Assembly (NCBI GenBank): GCA_037189525.1
Contig: JBBCJC010000005.1
Span: 768,001-832,000 of the forward strand
Length of the DNA stretch: 64,000 nt
Source: Gemmatimonadales bacterium
Lineage (GTDB): Bacteria; Gemmatimonadota; Gemmatimonadetes; Gemmatimonadales; GWC2-71-9
Direction: 5' to 3'
The position numbers were made by a program, and so were the translations under genes. Below the pieces are notes generated by a model. It was not told the origin of the DNA, did no database searches, and saw only the letters and a program-made list of their open reading frames with translations. Each line of letters begins with the position of its first letter. Within the stretch, counting starts at the first letter, position 1. This document shows, piece by piece, positions 9,570 through 19,852 of this stretch.

Positions 9570-10456
9570 GACGACCCCTTTCTGCCTGTCTCGACAGGCG
9601 CCGCCGGCCCCAACTGCCCGGCGATTCGTGTCGCTTCCTCCACGGCCCGCGCCAGCACGGACCGGATCTTCCCATCTTCGAGCATCAGCAACCCGCCGAT
9701 CGTGCACCCGGCCGGCGTGGTGACATCGTCTCGCAACGCAGCGGGATGGCGACCGCTGTCCTGCACCATCTTGGCGGCGCCGAGCATGGCCTGCGCAACG
9801 AGCATCAGCGCCTTGTCGCGCGGCAACCCCACTCGGACGCCCGCATCGGCCAGCGCTTCCATCATCAGATACATGTAGGCCGGGCCACTGGCACTGAGCG
9901 CCGTGATCGCATTGAAATGCGATTCGTCGAGGATCACGCTCCGCCCCACGACGGCAAAGATCCGCTGCGCCAGCGCCAGGTGTTCCGGTCGCGCGGTCGG
10001 CCCGCCACAGACGGCCGTCATCCCGTGCCCGACGACGCAGGGCGTATTCGGCATGGCGCGCACCCACGCGTGCGGCGTCCCGAGCGCCGCAGCAAGCGTA
10101 GCCGTGGTGACACCGGCGGCAATCGAGATCAGCAGCGCATCGTCCCGAAGGCCCAGCATGCCGAGCCGGCCCAACACGGTCGGAATCTGGGCCGGTTTGA
10201 CACAGACGATCACGATCGCGGCATCCCCCACGCGCGGGGCGAAATCCTGTTCCACCGGAATGCCTAACAGCCCGGCAACCCGGTCGCAGGACTCCCGCGT
10301 TTTACTGCTGGCCCAGAGCTGGTCCCGTGTCACGGCCCCCTGCTCCAGCAACCCTTTGAGAATGGTCTGACCCATCACACCCGCGCCGATCACGCCGAGG
10401 GTGCGACCGGGGGGTAGCAATGCGGAATCAGTGGACACGAGAACGCTCCACGACAT
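9566..10456 (-). CDS. proC: Pyrroline-5-carboxylate reductase
   Basis: GAGVMG, CVKP, SIAAG, RAMPNTP, SASGPAY, VTTPAGCT; exact start uncertain. Confidence 0.93.
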   Translation of the reverse strand: MSWSVLVSTDSALLPPGRTLGVIGAGVMGQTILKGLLEQGAVTRDQLWASSKTRESCDRVAGLLGIPVEQDFAPRVGDAAIVIVCVKPAQIPTVLGRLGMLGLRDDALLISIAAGVTTATLAAALGTPHAWVRAMPNTPCVVGHGMTAVCGGPTARPEHLALAQRIFAVVGRSVILDESHFNAITALSASGPAYMYLMMEALADAGVRVGLPRDKALMLVAQAMLGAAKMVQDSGRHPAALRDDVTTPAGCTIGGLLMLEDGKIRSVLARAVEEATRIAGQLGPAAPVETGRKGSS

Positions 10457-10591
10457 CGCTGCCTGAACTGGTATCGGGATAACCTGCGGGGCGGTACATC
10501 CGGCTCCTAATGCCGCTAATCTGATAAGAAATAACCGGCCCAATCGGAAGGCAAGGCCGGGCCGAGGATCCAACGATTCCTTCGGCTGCGA

Positions 10592-12667
10592 CTACGAGCG
10601 CTGCCCCGAACCGCCAGGCGATTCTCCGATCGACAGGAGTCTCTCGGCAGCACCGATCGATTCGTGCGACCCGGCCACCGCGAGACGGTCGCCGGCCTGG
10701 AGTCGTTCATTGGGCCCCGGCACGGGAATCGATGCTTCGGCACGGGCAATCGCCAGAATCAACGCTCCGGTCCGGCTGCGAAGCTCGAGTTCGGCCAGGG
10801 TGCGGCCGACCGCATAGCTCTGTTCACCGAGGGTGACAACGATCGGCGCACCGAGGCCCGGCAGCAGTTCCTTGACCTGCTCCGGCATCTCGAGATGCTG
10901 GGGCACGGCGCCGGCATGAGCCTGACGGGCCAGACCTGCGACCACCACCTGCGCGCCGGCTTTGACGTGCCCGTCCAGGTCCGACGCGCGTCGCCAGATG
11001 GCAATCGCATACCCCGCCAGAAACACCACCAGAATGAGCGGTCCCGTGAACGTCGACAAAAACGGCTGTGTCACGGCGACCACCGCCATGCCCGTCAACA
11101 GCACGATCACCAACTGCAGCACGAGCGTGAGAACCTGGCGGGGCGTCCGATTGAGATCCAATCCCTTGGCAACGGGCGGAAAGGCGCGTTGGGCGACCCG
11201 ATCGCCGAGCCGGCGCCCCAGGCGTCCGATCCCGACGACGAGCGGCGCCGCCACCAGGCCCGCCGCGATGATGATCGCGATCCGGGCAACACTCGGCGTG
11301 ATCCCGGTGGCGGTCACGGTCGCATCGACCAACGTCGAGAAGTAGAGGCTGACGGCGACCATGACACCGCTCAGCACCGCTGCGTCCACCAGCAACAGGC
11401 TGACCACCCGCCGAAAACCACGCCGAGTCGCCGCCGATTTCCGAGGCCGATCGAGCCACGATCCGTAGAGCGACGTCAGCGTCTGGAGCCGCGGGGGCAT
11501 CCCGCGATCGATGGCCGTCGCGACTCGCCCGGAACTCTGGACCAGCCACGGCGTCAGCAGCGTCGTGATGGCGGACACTGCGACCACCACCGGGAAGACG
11601 TAGGGGCCGGTCTTGCCGAGCGAGAGCCCGAGGGTCGCGATGATGAACGAGAATTCGCCGATCTGGGCCAGGCTCATCCCGGCCTGGATGGCGGTCCGGG
11701 GCGGCGTACCGGCCAGGAAGGCGCCGAGCGTCACGCTCCCGATCTTACCGATCACGACGACGATGGTCAGCACGACGATCGGCTGCCAATGCGCCACCAG
11801 GAGCGCCGGATCGATCAGCATGCCGACCGACACGAAGAAGACCGCCCCGAAGAGATCGCGCACCGGCTTGGTGGCGTGGTCGAGATGCTCACCAAGCCCG
11901 CCTTCGGCAATCAGCGAGCCGGCCATGAAGGCGCCCAACGCAATCGAGTAGCCCGCTTCCTGCGCAAGAAAGGCCATCAGGAAGCAGATCCCGATCCCCA
12001 TCACCACCACGATTTCCGGGGTACTCCGTGCCGTGGCCGCGCGCATGACCCGCGGAATCACCACGATGCCGATGCCGACCAGCAAGACCAGGAAGAGACC
12101 TAGCCGGCCGATGGTAAGCGCCAGGGCCGACGCCGAGAGACCGCCGCCGGTGGCCACCGCGGTGAGCGCCGCCATCCCGATGACGGCAATCAGATCTTCG
12201 AACAGGAGGATGCCGACGACCAGATCGCGCAGTCGTCCAGTCACCTTCTGGTCTTCGAAAACTTTGGCAATGATGGTCGTGCTGGAAATCGCAATGGCGA
12301 CCCCGAGGAAGATGCTCTCCAGGTCGCCCCAGCCGAACAGTTGTCCGACCAGAAAGCCGAGCCACGCGACGATGCCGGCCTGGATGGCGGCCGTCAGTCC
12401 CGCAGTCGATCCCAGCTGGACCAGCTTGCGGAGACTGAACTCGAGGCCCAAGGAGAACATCAGCAGGATGACGCCCAGCTCCGACAAGGTCTGGACGATC
12501 GCTTTGTCCGCAACGAACCCGACCGGCACGTACGGGCCGACCAGCAGGCCCGCGATCAGATACCCGAGGACGACGGGCTGCTTGATCCGCTGGAACAGAT
12601 ACGCAGTGAAGCCCCCGACTGCGAGAACGATCGTTAGGGACCGAAGAAATTCGTGCGCATCATGCAT
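10592..12667 (-). CDS. CPA2-family cation:proton antiporter with C-terminal RCK-C (TrkA-C) domain
   Basis: ELGVILLMFSLGLEFS, SSTTII, FEDL, QIGEFSFI; C-terminal GRTLAELELRSRTGALILAI. Confidence 0.9.
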   Translation of the reverse strand: MHDAHEFLRSLTIVLAVGGFTAYLFQRIKQPVVLGYLIAGLLVGPYVPVGFVADKAIVQTLSELGVILLMFSLGLEFSLRKLVQLGSTAGLTAAIQAGIVAWLGFLVGQLFGWGDLESIFLGVAIAISSTTIIAKVFEDQKVTGRLRDLVVGILLFEDLIAVIGMAALTAVATGGGLSASALALTIGRLGLFLVLLVGIGIVVIPRVMRAATARSTPEIVVVMGIGICFLMAFLAQEAGYSIALGAFMAGSLIAEGGLGEHLDHATKPVRDLFGAVFFVSVGMLIDPALLVAHWQPIVVLTIVVVIGKIGSVTLGAFLAGTPPRTAIQAGMSLAQIGEFSFIIATLGLSLGKTGPYVFPVVVAVSAITTLLTPWLVQSSGRVATAIDRGMPPRLQTLTSLYGSWLDRPRKSAATRRGFRRVVSLLLVDAAVLSGVMVAVSLYFSTLVDATVTATGITPSVARIAIIIAAGLVAAPLVVGIGRLGRRLGDRVAQRAFPPVAKGLDLNRTPRQVLTLVLQLVIVLLTGMAVVAVTQPFLSTFTGPLILVVFLAGYAIAIWRRASDLDGHVKAGAQVVVAGLARQAHAGAVPQHLEMPEQVKELLPGLGAPIVVTLGEQSYAVGRTLAELELRSRTGALILAIARAEASIPVPGPNERLQAGDRLAVAGSHESIGAAERLLSIGESPGGSGQRS

Positions 12668-12683
12668 GACATCAACGTAAGGC

Positions 12684-12721
12684 CTGGATCGGTCGCTCAC
12701 TAGGGACGGCGACCGATCCAG
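12684..12721. promoter_or_regulatory. Perfect 13-bp intergenic inverted repeat (hairpin)
   Basis: CTGGATCGGTCGC (12684-12696) / GCGACCGATCCAG (12709-12721) between the hydrolase stop and antiporter start; no U-tract. Confidence 0.5.
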
Positions 12722-12736
12722 CCTGCCCTGCCGCGA

Positions 12737-14434
12737 TCAGCGCCGACGCACGAACCGCATCCCGTGGGCCCGATCGGTGTCGATCACGAATCCCACCACG
12801 GCCCACGAGCCGGCGTGGCGCTGGAACTGATACCGACCGGGCCCCCATTCGACCGGTGTGAACCCATCGACGATGGTAGGACGGAGGGGGATCTCGTTGC
12901 CGCGGTGATGTCGCACGACGAGCCGGCCCTCCTTGACCGAGACGGTGGCCGGCGCGTTGAAGTCCTCGCTCCAGTACTCACCCGCGTACGCTGCGAGGTC
13001 GGTTTCGGTGGGGTTCGCGGATGGTGCCGCCGTGAGCTCCATGTTCCGCCCGGCGATGTACGGATGCGGGCGCTGTACCACCCACGCACCGTCGCGCCGG
13101 ACGAACGTGAAGATGCCGAGCGGGTCGTTGCCCAGTTGGAAGCGGTCCTGTCCCAGCGCGCGGAGTTCACGCCCTGGCGGGTTGAGACCGAAGCGCAGTT
13201 TCCCGTCCTGGGCCATGAACCGGTAGAGGTCGCGATCGTTCCGATAGTATCCGGCACGCGCGGCGAGGTCGGCCTGGGGCACGGCAACGTCGGCAGGGAC
13301 GTCCGCCGTCGCCGACCGCGGCGCGAGGACCGGCTCGAGCACGATATCGACGACCTGATCGAGCAGGGCGGCCGGACCGGCATTGCCGACATTGCAGAGC
13401 ACCGCGACGCCCAGCTTGTGCTCCGGAATCCGCACCAGGTGTGTCCGGTAGCCGCCGTCCGCCCCGGAATGCGACCAGGTCGTGACGCCCCGATAGGTGC
13501 CGCGGGCAATGCCCAGCGCATACGAGAGCGTGTCGCCGCTCGCTAGCACGCCACGCGTCTCAAGCGCGCGGATCGCCGCGGCGCCGCCGACCTTGCCGGT
13601 CGTGAAGTTCTGATCCCAGAGCAGCAAGTCGTTGACGGAGGTGTAGAGACCGCCCGCTCCGACGCTCTCATAGAAAGGCACGTCGAACCGATAGGTCGAG
13701 TCGGATGCGCGCCAAGCGTACGCATGGGTGCGCCCCGGCAGCAGGCTCCAGGGATCGCCGTGGAACCGGGTGCTGTTCATCCCGAGCGGCTGGAAGATGC
13801 GCTCGGTGGTGAATTCGGTGAGCGACTTCCCCGTCACCCGCTGCACGATGACACCCATCAGCCAGTACGTCGCATTACTGTAGCTGTAGTCCGTGCCCGG
13901 CTCGAACTCGAGGCGCTCCTGCCGCACGATGGCGCCGAGCGCGTCCTCCATCCGGATGGCCTCTTCGGGAAACTGGAGGCCGCCCAGGACGAGCGGGGTA
14001 ATCCCGTCCCGGAGCCCGCTCGTATGGTTGATCATCTGGCGGATGGTGACGGTCCGGCCAAACGTCGGCACCTCGGGCACATACTTCCGGATGTCGTCGT
14101 CCAAACGGAGGAGCCCGTCCTGCTCCAGAAGCACCATCGCCATGGCGGTGAACTGCTTCGACACCGAGGCCAACTGGAAAGTCGAGGCCGGGCTGATCGG
14201 AATCCCCAACTCGAGATTCCCCAAGCCATATCCCTTGGCGTACGCGATCGAACCACCGCGATAGACACCCACGGCGCACCCCGGTGCCGCGCCGATGGTA
14301 AACCGATTGAACACCTGATCGATGCTCCGCGCCTGCTGTCCACCGATCCGTTGCGCCGCGATCGGCGTCATCCATCCAAGAACCAGAATTCCGACCAGCC
14401 CCACGACGATCCGACCGAGCGCTCGTGCGCGCAT
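12737..14434 (-). CDS. Exported serine hydrolase (beta-lactamase/D-aminopeptidase-like) with C-terminal extension
   Basis: SVSK, YSN, HSG motifs; C-terminal YAGEYWS beta-rich domains; start ATG 14434. Confidence 0.9.
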   Translation of the reverse strand: MRARALGRIVVGLVGILVLGWMTPIAAQRIGGQQARSIDQVFNRFTIGAAPGCAVGVYRGGSIAYAKGYGLGNLELGIPISPASTFQLASVSKQFTAMAMVLLEQDGLLRLDDDIRKYVPEVPTFGRTVTIRQMINHTSGLRDGITPLVLGGLQFPEEAIRMEDALGAIVRQERLEFEPGTDYSYSNATYWLMGVIVQRVTGKSLTEFTTERIFQPLGMNSTRFHGDPWSLLPGRTHAYAWRASDSTYRFDVPFYESVGAGGLYTSVNDLLLWDQNFTTGKVGGAAAIRALETRGVLASGDTLSYALGIARGTYRGVTTWSHSGADGGYRTHLVRIPEHKLGVAVLCNVGNAGPAALLDQVVDIVLEPVLAPRSATADVPADVAVPQADLAARAGYYRNDRDLYRFMAQDGKLRFGLNPPGRELRALGQDRFQLGNDPLGIFTFVRRDGAWVVQRPHPYIAGRNMELTAAPSANPTETDLAAYAGEYWSEDFNAPATVSVKEGRLVVRHHRGNEIPLRPTIVDGFTPVEWGPGRYQFQRHAGSWAVVGFVIDTDRAHGMRFVRRR

Positions 14435-14618
14435 AGTACTCTCCAGAATGGGACCAACGACCCAGGCCGCAGGGGCAAGCCGGGGTGACCTTCCGAATAT
14501 TGTGACAGAGTGAACCTGGTATTCTAACGGCAGACGGACCCGGAGCAATGCATGCCAGTTGCGGCAGCGGCCGTTCGGATTAGGCTTGATGTTGCAACCG
14601 CGACCTATCGGGGCATCG

Positions 14619-15140
14619 ATGGACCAGGACAAACAGGCGTTCGATGATCTCTTCAGTCTGGCGTATGAAGAGCTGCGTCGCCTGGCGTCGAGTGTGCATC
14701 GGGACGATCCCTACGCCTCGATGAACCCGACGGCATTGGTCCACGAAGCCTGGCTCAAGATGGCCAACTCGCCGGGACTCGCCGCCACTTCCCATCTCCA
14801 TTTCAAACGGATTGCCGCCCGCGCCATGCGGCAGATCCTGGTCGATGCTGCCCGCCGGCGCAATGCGCGCAAGCGGGGCGCGGGCGTTGCCGTCATCACC
14901 TACGATGATGCCGCCGCTGCCCTGCCAACTTCGGCCGACGAGCTGCTCGGCCTCCATGCCGCCCTGGAGGAACTGGCCCGGCTGAGTCCGCGCCAGGCCT
15001 CGATGGTCGAGAGCCGTTTCTTCGGCGGGCTCGACACCCGCGAAATCGCAGAGGATCTGGGGATTTCGGAAGCGACCGTCTTGCGCGACTGGCGCGCAGC
15101 CAAGGCCTGGCTCGGTCGCGAACTCCAACGCTCGTTATGA
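14619..15140 (+). CDS. ECF sigma factor, Ser/Thr-kinase-associated type
   Basis: YEELRRLA, PTALVHEAW, AARAMRQILVDAAR, RFFGGL, TVLRDWRAAKAWL. Confidence 0.93.
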   Translation: MDQDKQAFDDLFSLAYEELRRLASSVHRDDPYASMNPTALVHEAWLKMANSPGLAATSHLHFKRIAARAMRQILVDAARRRNARKRGAGVAVITYDDAAAALPTSADELLGLHAALEELARLSPRQASMVESRFFGGLDTREIAEDLGISEATVLRDWRAAKAWLGRELQRSL

Positions 15141-17770
15141 TGGACCCGGCGCGTTGGGAACGTGTCCAGGCGCTCTTTCACGCCGTGGCCGACCTGCCTC
15201 CCGACCAGCGGACCGAAGTTCTCGAAACGGAAGCCGCGGGTGACCAAACCCTGATCCACGAGGTTCGCGCGCTCCTCGAAGTCGACCGGGATCAGCACGC
15301 GCTCCTCGGACAGGACCTGGCCTCGGTGGCCTCCTCGGTGTTGAACGATGCCGATCCGCGTCGGCTCTTCGACCAGCCTTTCGGGCCGTACCGGCTGGTC
15401 CGCCTGCTCGGCGAAGGCGGGATGGGCGTCGTCTACCTCGGCACTCGTGCCGACCTGGCGAGCGTTGCCGCGATCAAGATCCTTCGCGATACGCTCTCCC
15501 CATCCCGACGCCACCGGTTTGCCGTTGAACAGCGGACACTGGCGCAGTTGAGTCATCCGGCCATCGCGCAGCTCTTCGACGCAGGGACGTTGCCTGACGG
15601 CACCCCCTGGTTTGCGATGGAATTTGTCGAGGGGTTGCCCGTCACCGACTACTGCACCCAGCGCGGATCGTCCCTCGCCGAACGGCTGTCGATCTTCCGC
15701 GCGGCCGCGCTGGCAGTTCAGCATGCCCACCAGCACGCAGTCATTCATCGGGACATCAAGCCGTCCAACGTGCTGGTCCGCACCGACGGGGCAGTCAAGC
15801 TGCTCGACTTCGGCATTGCCAAGCATTTCGCCGATATCGACGCCGACCAGGCCGAGCAGACCCGCACCGGCCTCCGCCTCCTGACCCCGGCCTATGCCGC
15901 GCCGGAGCAGTTCACCGGCGGCCCGCTGGGCACTCCGACCGATGTCTATGCTCTCGGCGCCGTCCTGTTCGAGCTGCTCACGGGCCGCCGCGCCTCCGAT
16001 CACTCCAGGGATGCTGCAGACGGAGCCAACGCCAGCCGCGCAGCCACGGCGCCACGACCGTCAGCAGTGCCCGGAGCTCCGGTGTCGGCGTCACGCAGCG
16101 AGTGGGCCGACCTCGATGTGATCTGCCGGGCGGCCATGCACGCCGACCCCGCCCGGCGCTATCAGACCGTCGATGCGCTGGTGCGCGACTTGGATCGATA
16201 CCTCGCCGGCACGCCGCTCGAAGCCCGCGCCGATTCCCTGGGATATCGGATCGGAAAGTTCGTGCGACGGAACACGCGGGCCGTGGCCGCCGCGGGCATC
16301 GTCGCCGCGGCGGCGGTCGTGATGGCCGTGTTCTACACCGTGCGGCTCGCCGATGCGCGCGACCTGGCTGTGGCGCAGGTCGAGCGAACCGAACGGATTC
16401 AGCGCTTCATGCTGAATCTCTTTGCCGGCGGAGAAGGAGCGGTCGGGCCGGCCGATAGCCTTCGCGTCGTCACCCTGGTCGAACGCGGCATCCAGGAAGC
16501 GCGGAGCCTGCGCGCCGAGCCGGAGGTGCAGGCCGAGCTCTATCTCACCCTGGGCAGCATCGCCCAAAAGCTGGGCAGGATTGCCCAGGCCGACACCCTG
16601 ATTCGCGCCGGGCTCGACCTCCGCCGCGAGCGATTCGGACCGCTCCATGCCGATGTCGCCAAAGCAACGGTTGGATTGGGCTTACTGCGGCTCGACCAGG
16701 CGCAACTGGATGCGGCCGACAGCCTGACCCGTCAGGGCATGACCGTCAGCGAAGCGCTGCTCCCCGCCAACCATCCCGACGTGCTTGCCGCGCGAACCGC
16801 GGTCGGCCAGGTGCTCTCGGCGCGCGGCGATTATCCCGGAGCGATTGCCCTGCTGTCAGAGACTCGGGATCGCTATCTGGCTGACGCGACGACGCCGGAG
16901 TTTGCCAGCACCCTGTCCGTCCTGGCGAGCGCCCACTTCTACGCCGGCAACTATCACACCTCGGACTCGCTCAACCGCCGGGTCCTGGCCATGACGCAGC
17001 AGCTCTACGGACCAAGCCATCCGCTGGTGGCCGAGGATCTCGCCAACCTCGGGGCAATCCAGCAGGACCTGGGGCACTATCCCGAAGCCGAACGGTATCA
17101 TCGGCAGGCGCTGGCGATCGTGGAGCCATGGTATGGATCCGATCATCATCGCACCGCGCTGGCGCTGACGCTGGTCGGCCGATCGCTGGTCTTTCAGCAG
17201 CGACGCGGTGAGGCAGTGCCTCTCCTGGAGCGCGCGCTCGCCATCCGCGAACGGGTTTTCGGACCGGATCATCCCTCGGTCGCCTCGACCTTGAGCGACC
17301 TGGGATCGATCGCCATGGCCGAGGGTCGTCTGGACGAAGCGGAAGGTCGTTTTACCCGCATGGTGTCCATCTATCGCACAGTGCACGGTCCGAACCACTA
17401 CCTGGTCGCCACGGCCCTGTCCAACCTGGCCAGCGTGGCCGTGGAGCGCCAGGACTACCTGCGCGCCGAGCGTCTCTACCGCGAGGCAATCGAGGGTTAC
17501 CGCCAGAGCCTTGGCCCCGACAACTTGAATACCGGCATTGCCCGGATCAAGTTGGGACGGGCCCTGCTGCGCCAACGCCGTCATGGCGATGCCGCAACCG
17601 AGAGTCTGGCCGGCTACGAGATTCTGACGAAACAAGCCGATCCGGCCGTCAGTTTTCTCCGAGCAGCCCGTACCGACCTGGCAGCTGCGTACACCGCGCT
17701 CGGCAACACGGCCGCGGCGGACCGCTTCCGCGCCGAGTTGGCTGAAACGTCCATTCCTCCCAAGCCATAA
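15137..17770 (+). CDS. Membrane Ser/Thr protein kinase with TPR-repeat C-terminus
   Basis: GEGGMG, AIK, HRDIKPSN, DFG, YAAPEQ, DVYALG; one TM; repeated HPxVA/ALAIRER TPR units; ATGA overlap with ECF gene. Confidence 0.95.
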   Translation: MMDPARWERVQALFHAVADLPPDQRTEVLETEAAGDQTLIHEVRALLEVDRDQHALLGQDLASVASSVLNDADPRRLFDQPFGPYRLVRLLGEGGMGVVYLGTRADLASVAAIKILRDTLSPSRRHRFAVEQRTLAQLSHPAIAQLFDAGTLPDGTPWFAMEFVEGLPVTDYCTQRGSSLAERLSIFRAAALAVQHAHQHAVIHRDIKPSNVLVRTDGAVKLLDFGIAKHFADIDADQAEQTRTGLRLLTPAYAAPEQFTGGPLGTPTDVYALGAVLFELLTGRRASDHSRDAADGANASRAATAPRPSAVPGAPVSASRSEWADLDVICRAAMHADPARRYQTVDALVRDLDRYLAGTPLEARADSLGYRIGKFVRRNTRAVAAAGIVAAAAVVMAVFYTVRLADARDLAVAQVERTERIQRFMLNLFAGGEGAVGPADSLRVVTLVERGIQEARSLRAEPEVQAELYLTLGSIAQKLGRIAQADTLIRAGLDLRRERFGPLHADVAKATVGLGLLRLDQAQLDAADSLTRQGMTVSEALLPANHPDVLAARTAVGQVLSARGDYPGAIALLSETRDRYLADATTPEFASTLSVLASAHFYAGNYHTSDSLNRRVLAMTQQLYGPSHPLVAEDLANLGAIQQDLGHYPEAERYHRQALAIVEPWYGSDHHRTALALTLVGRSLVFQQRRGEAVPLLERALAIRERVFGPDHPSVASTLSDLGSIAMAEGRLDEAEGRFTRMVSIYRTVHGPNHYLVATALSNLASVAVERQDYLRAERLYREAIEGYRQSLGPDNLNTGIARIKLGRALLRQRRHGDAATESLAGYEILTKQADPAVSFLRAARTDLAAAYTALGNTAAADRFRAELAETSIPPKP

Positions 17771-17773
17771 GCC

Positions 17774-19462
17774 GTGCAAAGCTTCATTCCCAAAATCCTG
17801 ACGACCCTCCAAGGCTACACCCGAACCCAATTCGCGGCGGACCTGACCGCTGGCGTCATCGTCGGTGTCGTGGCCCTGCCTCTCTGTATCGCCTTTGCCA
17901 TCGCGAGCGGTGTCACCCCGGAGCGAGGGCTGTACACGGGTATCGTCGCTGGCCTCCTGATCTCGCTGCTCGGCGGGTCGCGGGTGCAGATCGGTGGTCC
18001 CACCGGCGCCTTCGTGGTGATCGTGGCCGGCATCGTCGCCAAGTATGGGGTGGACGGACTGATCGTCGCGACGTTGCTGGCCGGCTTCGTCCTGGTGGCG
18101 GCGGGCCTGCTCAAACTGGGCGTCATCATCAAGTACATCCCGTTCCCCGTAATCACGGGATTCACCTCCGGTATTGCGCTCATCATCTTTTCCCAGCAGG
18201 TCAAAGATCTGCTGGGTCTCTCGATCGAGACCGTTCCCACCGAATTTTTCGGGAAATGGGCCAGCTACGTAGCCCACGCGGGCAGCCTGGACCTGATCAC
18301 CACGGCCCTGGGCATCGGCACGCTTGCCGTACTGGTCTTCTGGCCGCGGGTGTCGACTAAGATACCGGCGCCGTTCGTCGCGCTGGTTGCCGGCACCGTG
18401 GTCGTCGCACTGTTCGACCTCCCGGTCGAGACCATCGGCTCGCGCTTCGGCGTCATCGATGCCCGGCTACCGAGCCCCCACTGGCCCGCAGTCACGGAAC
18501 GTATGCTGATCGACCTGGCCGGGCCGGCGCTGACCCTCGCCGTACTCGGGGCGATCGAATCGCTGCTCTCGGCGGTGGTGGCGGACGGAATGATCGGCAG
18601 CCGGCACCGCAGTAACATGGAGCTGGTGGCGCAGGGCGTGGCGAACATCGCCTCCCCGCTCTTCGGCGGCATGCCGGCCACCGGCGCGATTGCCCGGACG
18701 GCAACCAACGTCCGCAACGGCGGCCGGACCCCGATCGCCGGCGTCGTCCATGCGTTCACGCTCCTCATCATCACCCTCTTTGCCGGCCGCTATGCCGCCA
18801 TGATTCCGATGGCCACGCTCGCGGCGATCCTCGTCATGGTGGCATACCACATGAGCGAGTGGCGCACCTTCCGCTCCGAGATCCTCGGCGCACCGCGGAC
18901 CGATGTCGCCATCATGCTGACCACGTTCGGCCTGACCGTCCTGGTCGACCTCTCCGTAGCAATCGCGGTCGGGATGGTCCTTGCCGCGTTTCTCTTCATG
19001 AAGCGGATGTCCGAGATCGCCACCGTCGAGCCGCTGGGAGTGGAGCAGGAGGGCGTACCGGACGATGTTCGGGAGCAAGCCAAGCAGGCGCAGCGGAGGC
19101 GGGTGCCCCGCGACGTGAAGGTCTACGACATCGACGGGCCGTTCTTCTTCGGCGCCGCGGAATCGTTCAAAGACGCGCTGCGTCAGGTCAACTGGAGACC
19201 CCGCGCCCTGATTCTCGATATGGACGACGTCCCGGTCATCGACTCGACCGGGCTCCGGGCGCTCGGCGAAGTGGTTCGCCAGTGCCGGAAGGAAGGGATT
19301 CAGGTCCTGCTCTGCAACCTCGACCCTCGTGTGCGCGAAACGGTGGCAGCCTCACACCTGTCACAACTCTTCGCACCGAGCGAACTATCGTTGAACTTCG
19401 ATGAAGCTTTGATGGCACTCGGCGCCACCGGCGAGCACCGGTCTCCTTCGGAGTCGGACTGA
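17774..19462 (+). CDS. sulP: SulP/SLC26 anion permease with STAS domain
   Basis: DLTAGVIVGVVALPL, QIGGPTGA, ESLLSA, GAIARTATN, GPFFFGAA, IDSTG. Confidence 0.93.
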   Translation: MQSFIPKILTTLQGYTRTQFAADLTAGVIVGVVALPLCIAFAIASGVTPERGLYTGIVAGLLISLLGGSRVQIGGPTGAFVVIVAGIVAKYGVDGLIVATLLAGFVLVAAGLLKLGVIIKYIPFPVITGFTSGIALIIFSQQVKDLLGLSIETVPTEFFGKWASYVAHAGSLDLITTALGIGTLAVLVFWPRVSTKIPAPFVALVAGTVVVALFDLPVETIGSRFGVIDARLPSPHWPAVTERMLIDLAGPALTLAVLGAIESLLSAVVADGMIGSRHRSNMELVAQGVANIASPLFGGMPATGAIARTATNVRNGGRTPIAGVVHAFTLLIITLFAGRYAAMIPMATLAAILVMVAYHMSEWRTFRSEILGAPRTDVAIMLTTFGLTVLVDLSVAIAVGMVLAAFLFMKRMSEIATVEPLGVEQEGVPDDVREQAKQAQRRRVPRDVKVYDIDGPFFFGAAESFKDALRQVNWRPRALILDMDDVPVIDSTGLRALGEVVRQCRKEGIQVLLCNLDPRVRETVAASHLSQLFAPSELSLNFDEALMALGATGEHRSPSESD

Positions 19463-19497
19463 CCGGATCGTTGCGAGGGTTGGGATTCCCTCGACGA

Positions 19498-19737
19498 TCA
19501 GGCCTCGCTTCCCTCTTCTTCGCTGCGTAGCCGGTACTGGAGCGCGCCGGACGGACAGGTGCGAATCATTGCCGCTACCTCGGCAGGGGGAGCTGCTTCC
19601 GGGGCGACCCAACGTTTACGGCGAACATCGAAAACGGCGGGAAGGGTGCGAACGCAGACTCCGGAATGGATGCAGACGTTGGGGTCGAAGGTGACCGTGA
19701 TCTCGTCCGTCTCATAGCTCTGCACCCGCTTGGTCAT
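19498..19737 (-). CDS. Small divergent Fe-S cluster protein (YjdI/Fer4_19-like)
   Basis: CIHSGVC...LPAVFD...CPSGAL; GGGGGA RBS upstream. Confidence 0.85.
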   Translation of the reverse strand: MTKRVQSYETDEITVTFDPNVCIHSGVCVRTLPAVFDVRRKRWVAPEAAPPAEVAAMIRTCPSGALQYRLRSEEEGSEA

Positions 19738-19852
19738 ATGATCCCCCGATGGCCGACCCGTCATCCGTTACCGAACCTGCTTCAGTAGGAAGGTAAGCCC
19801 CCCACCAACCAGGGGTAGTCTGCCGACACTGGGGCCTGTCCGCCGTCCGGGC

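Noticed and set aside
6297..14434. Serine hydrolases as antibiotic-resistance genes
   Set aside because: Motifs place them in the broad beta-lactamase-like family; resistance cannot be inferred from sequence.
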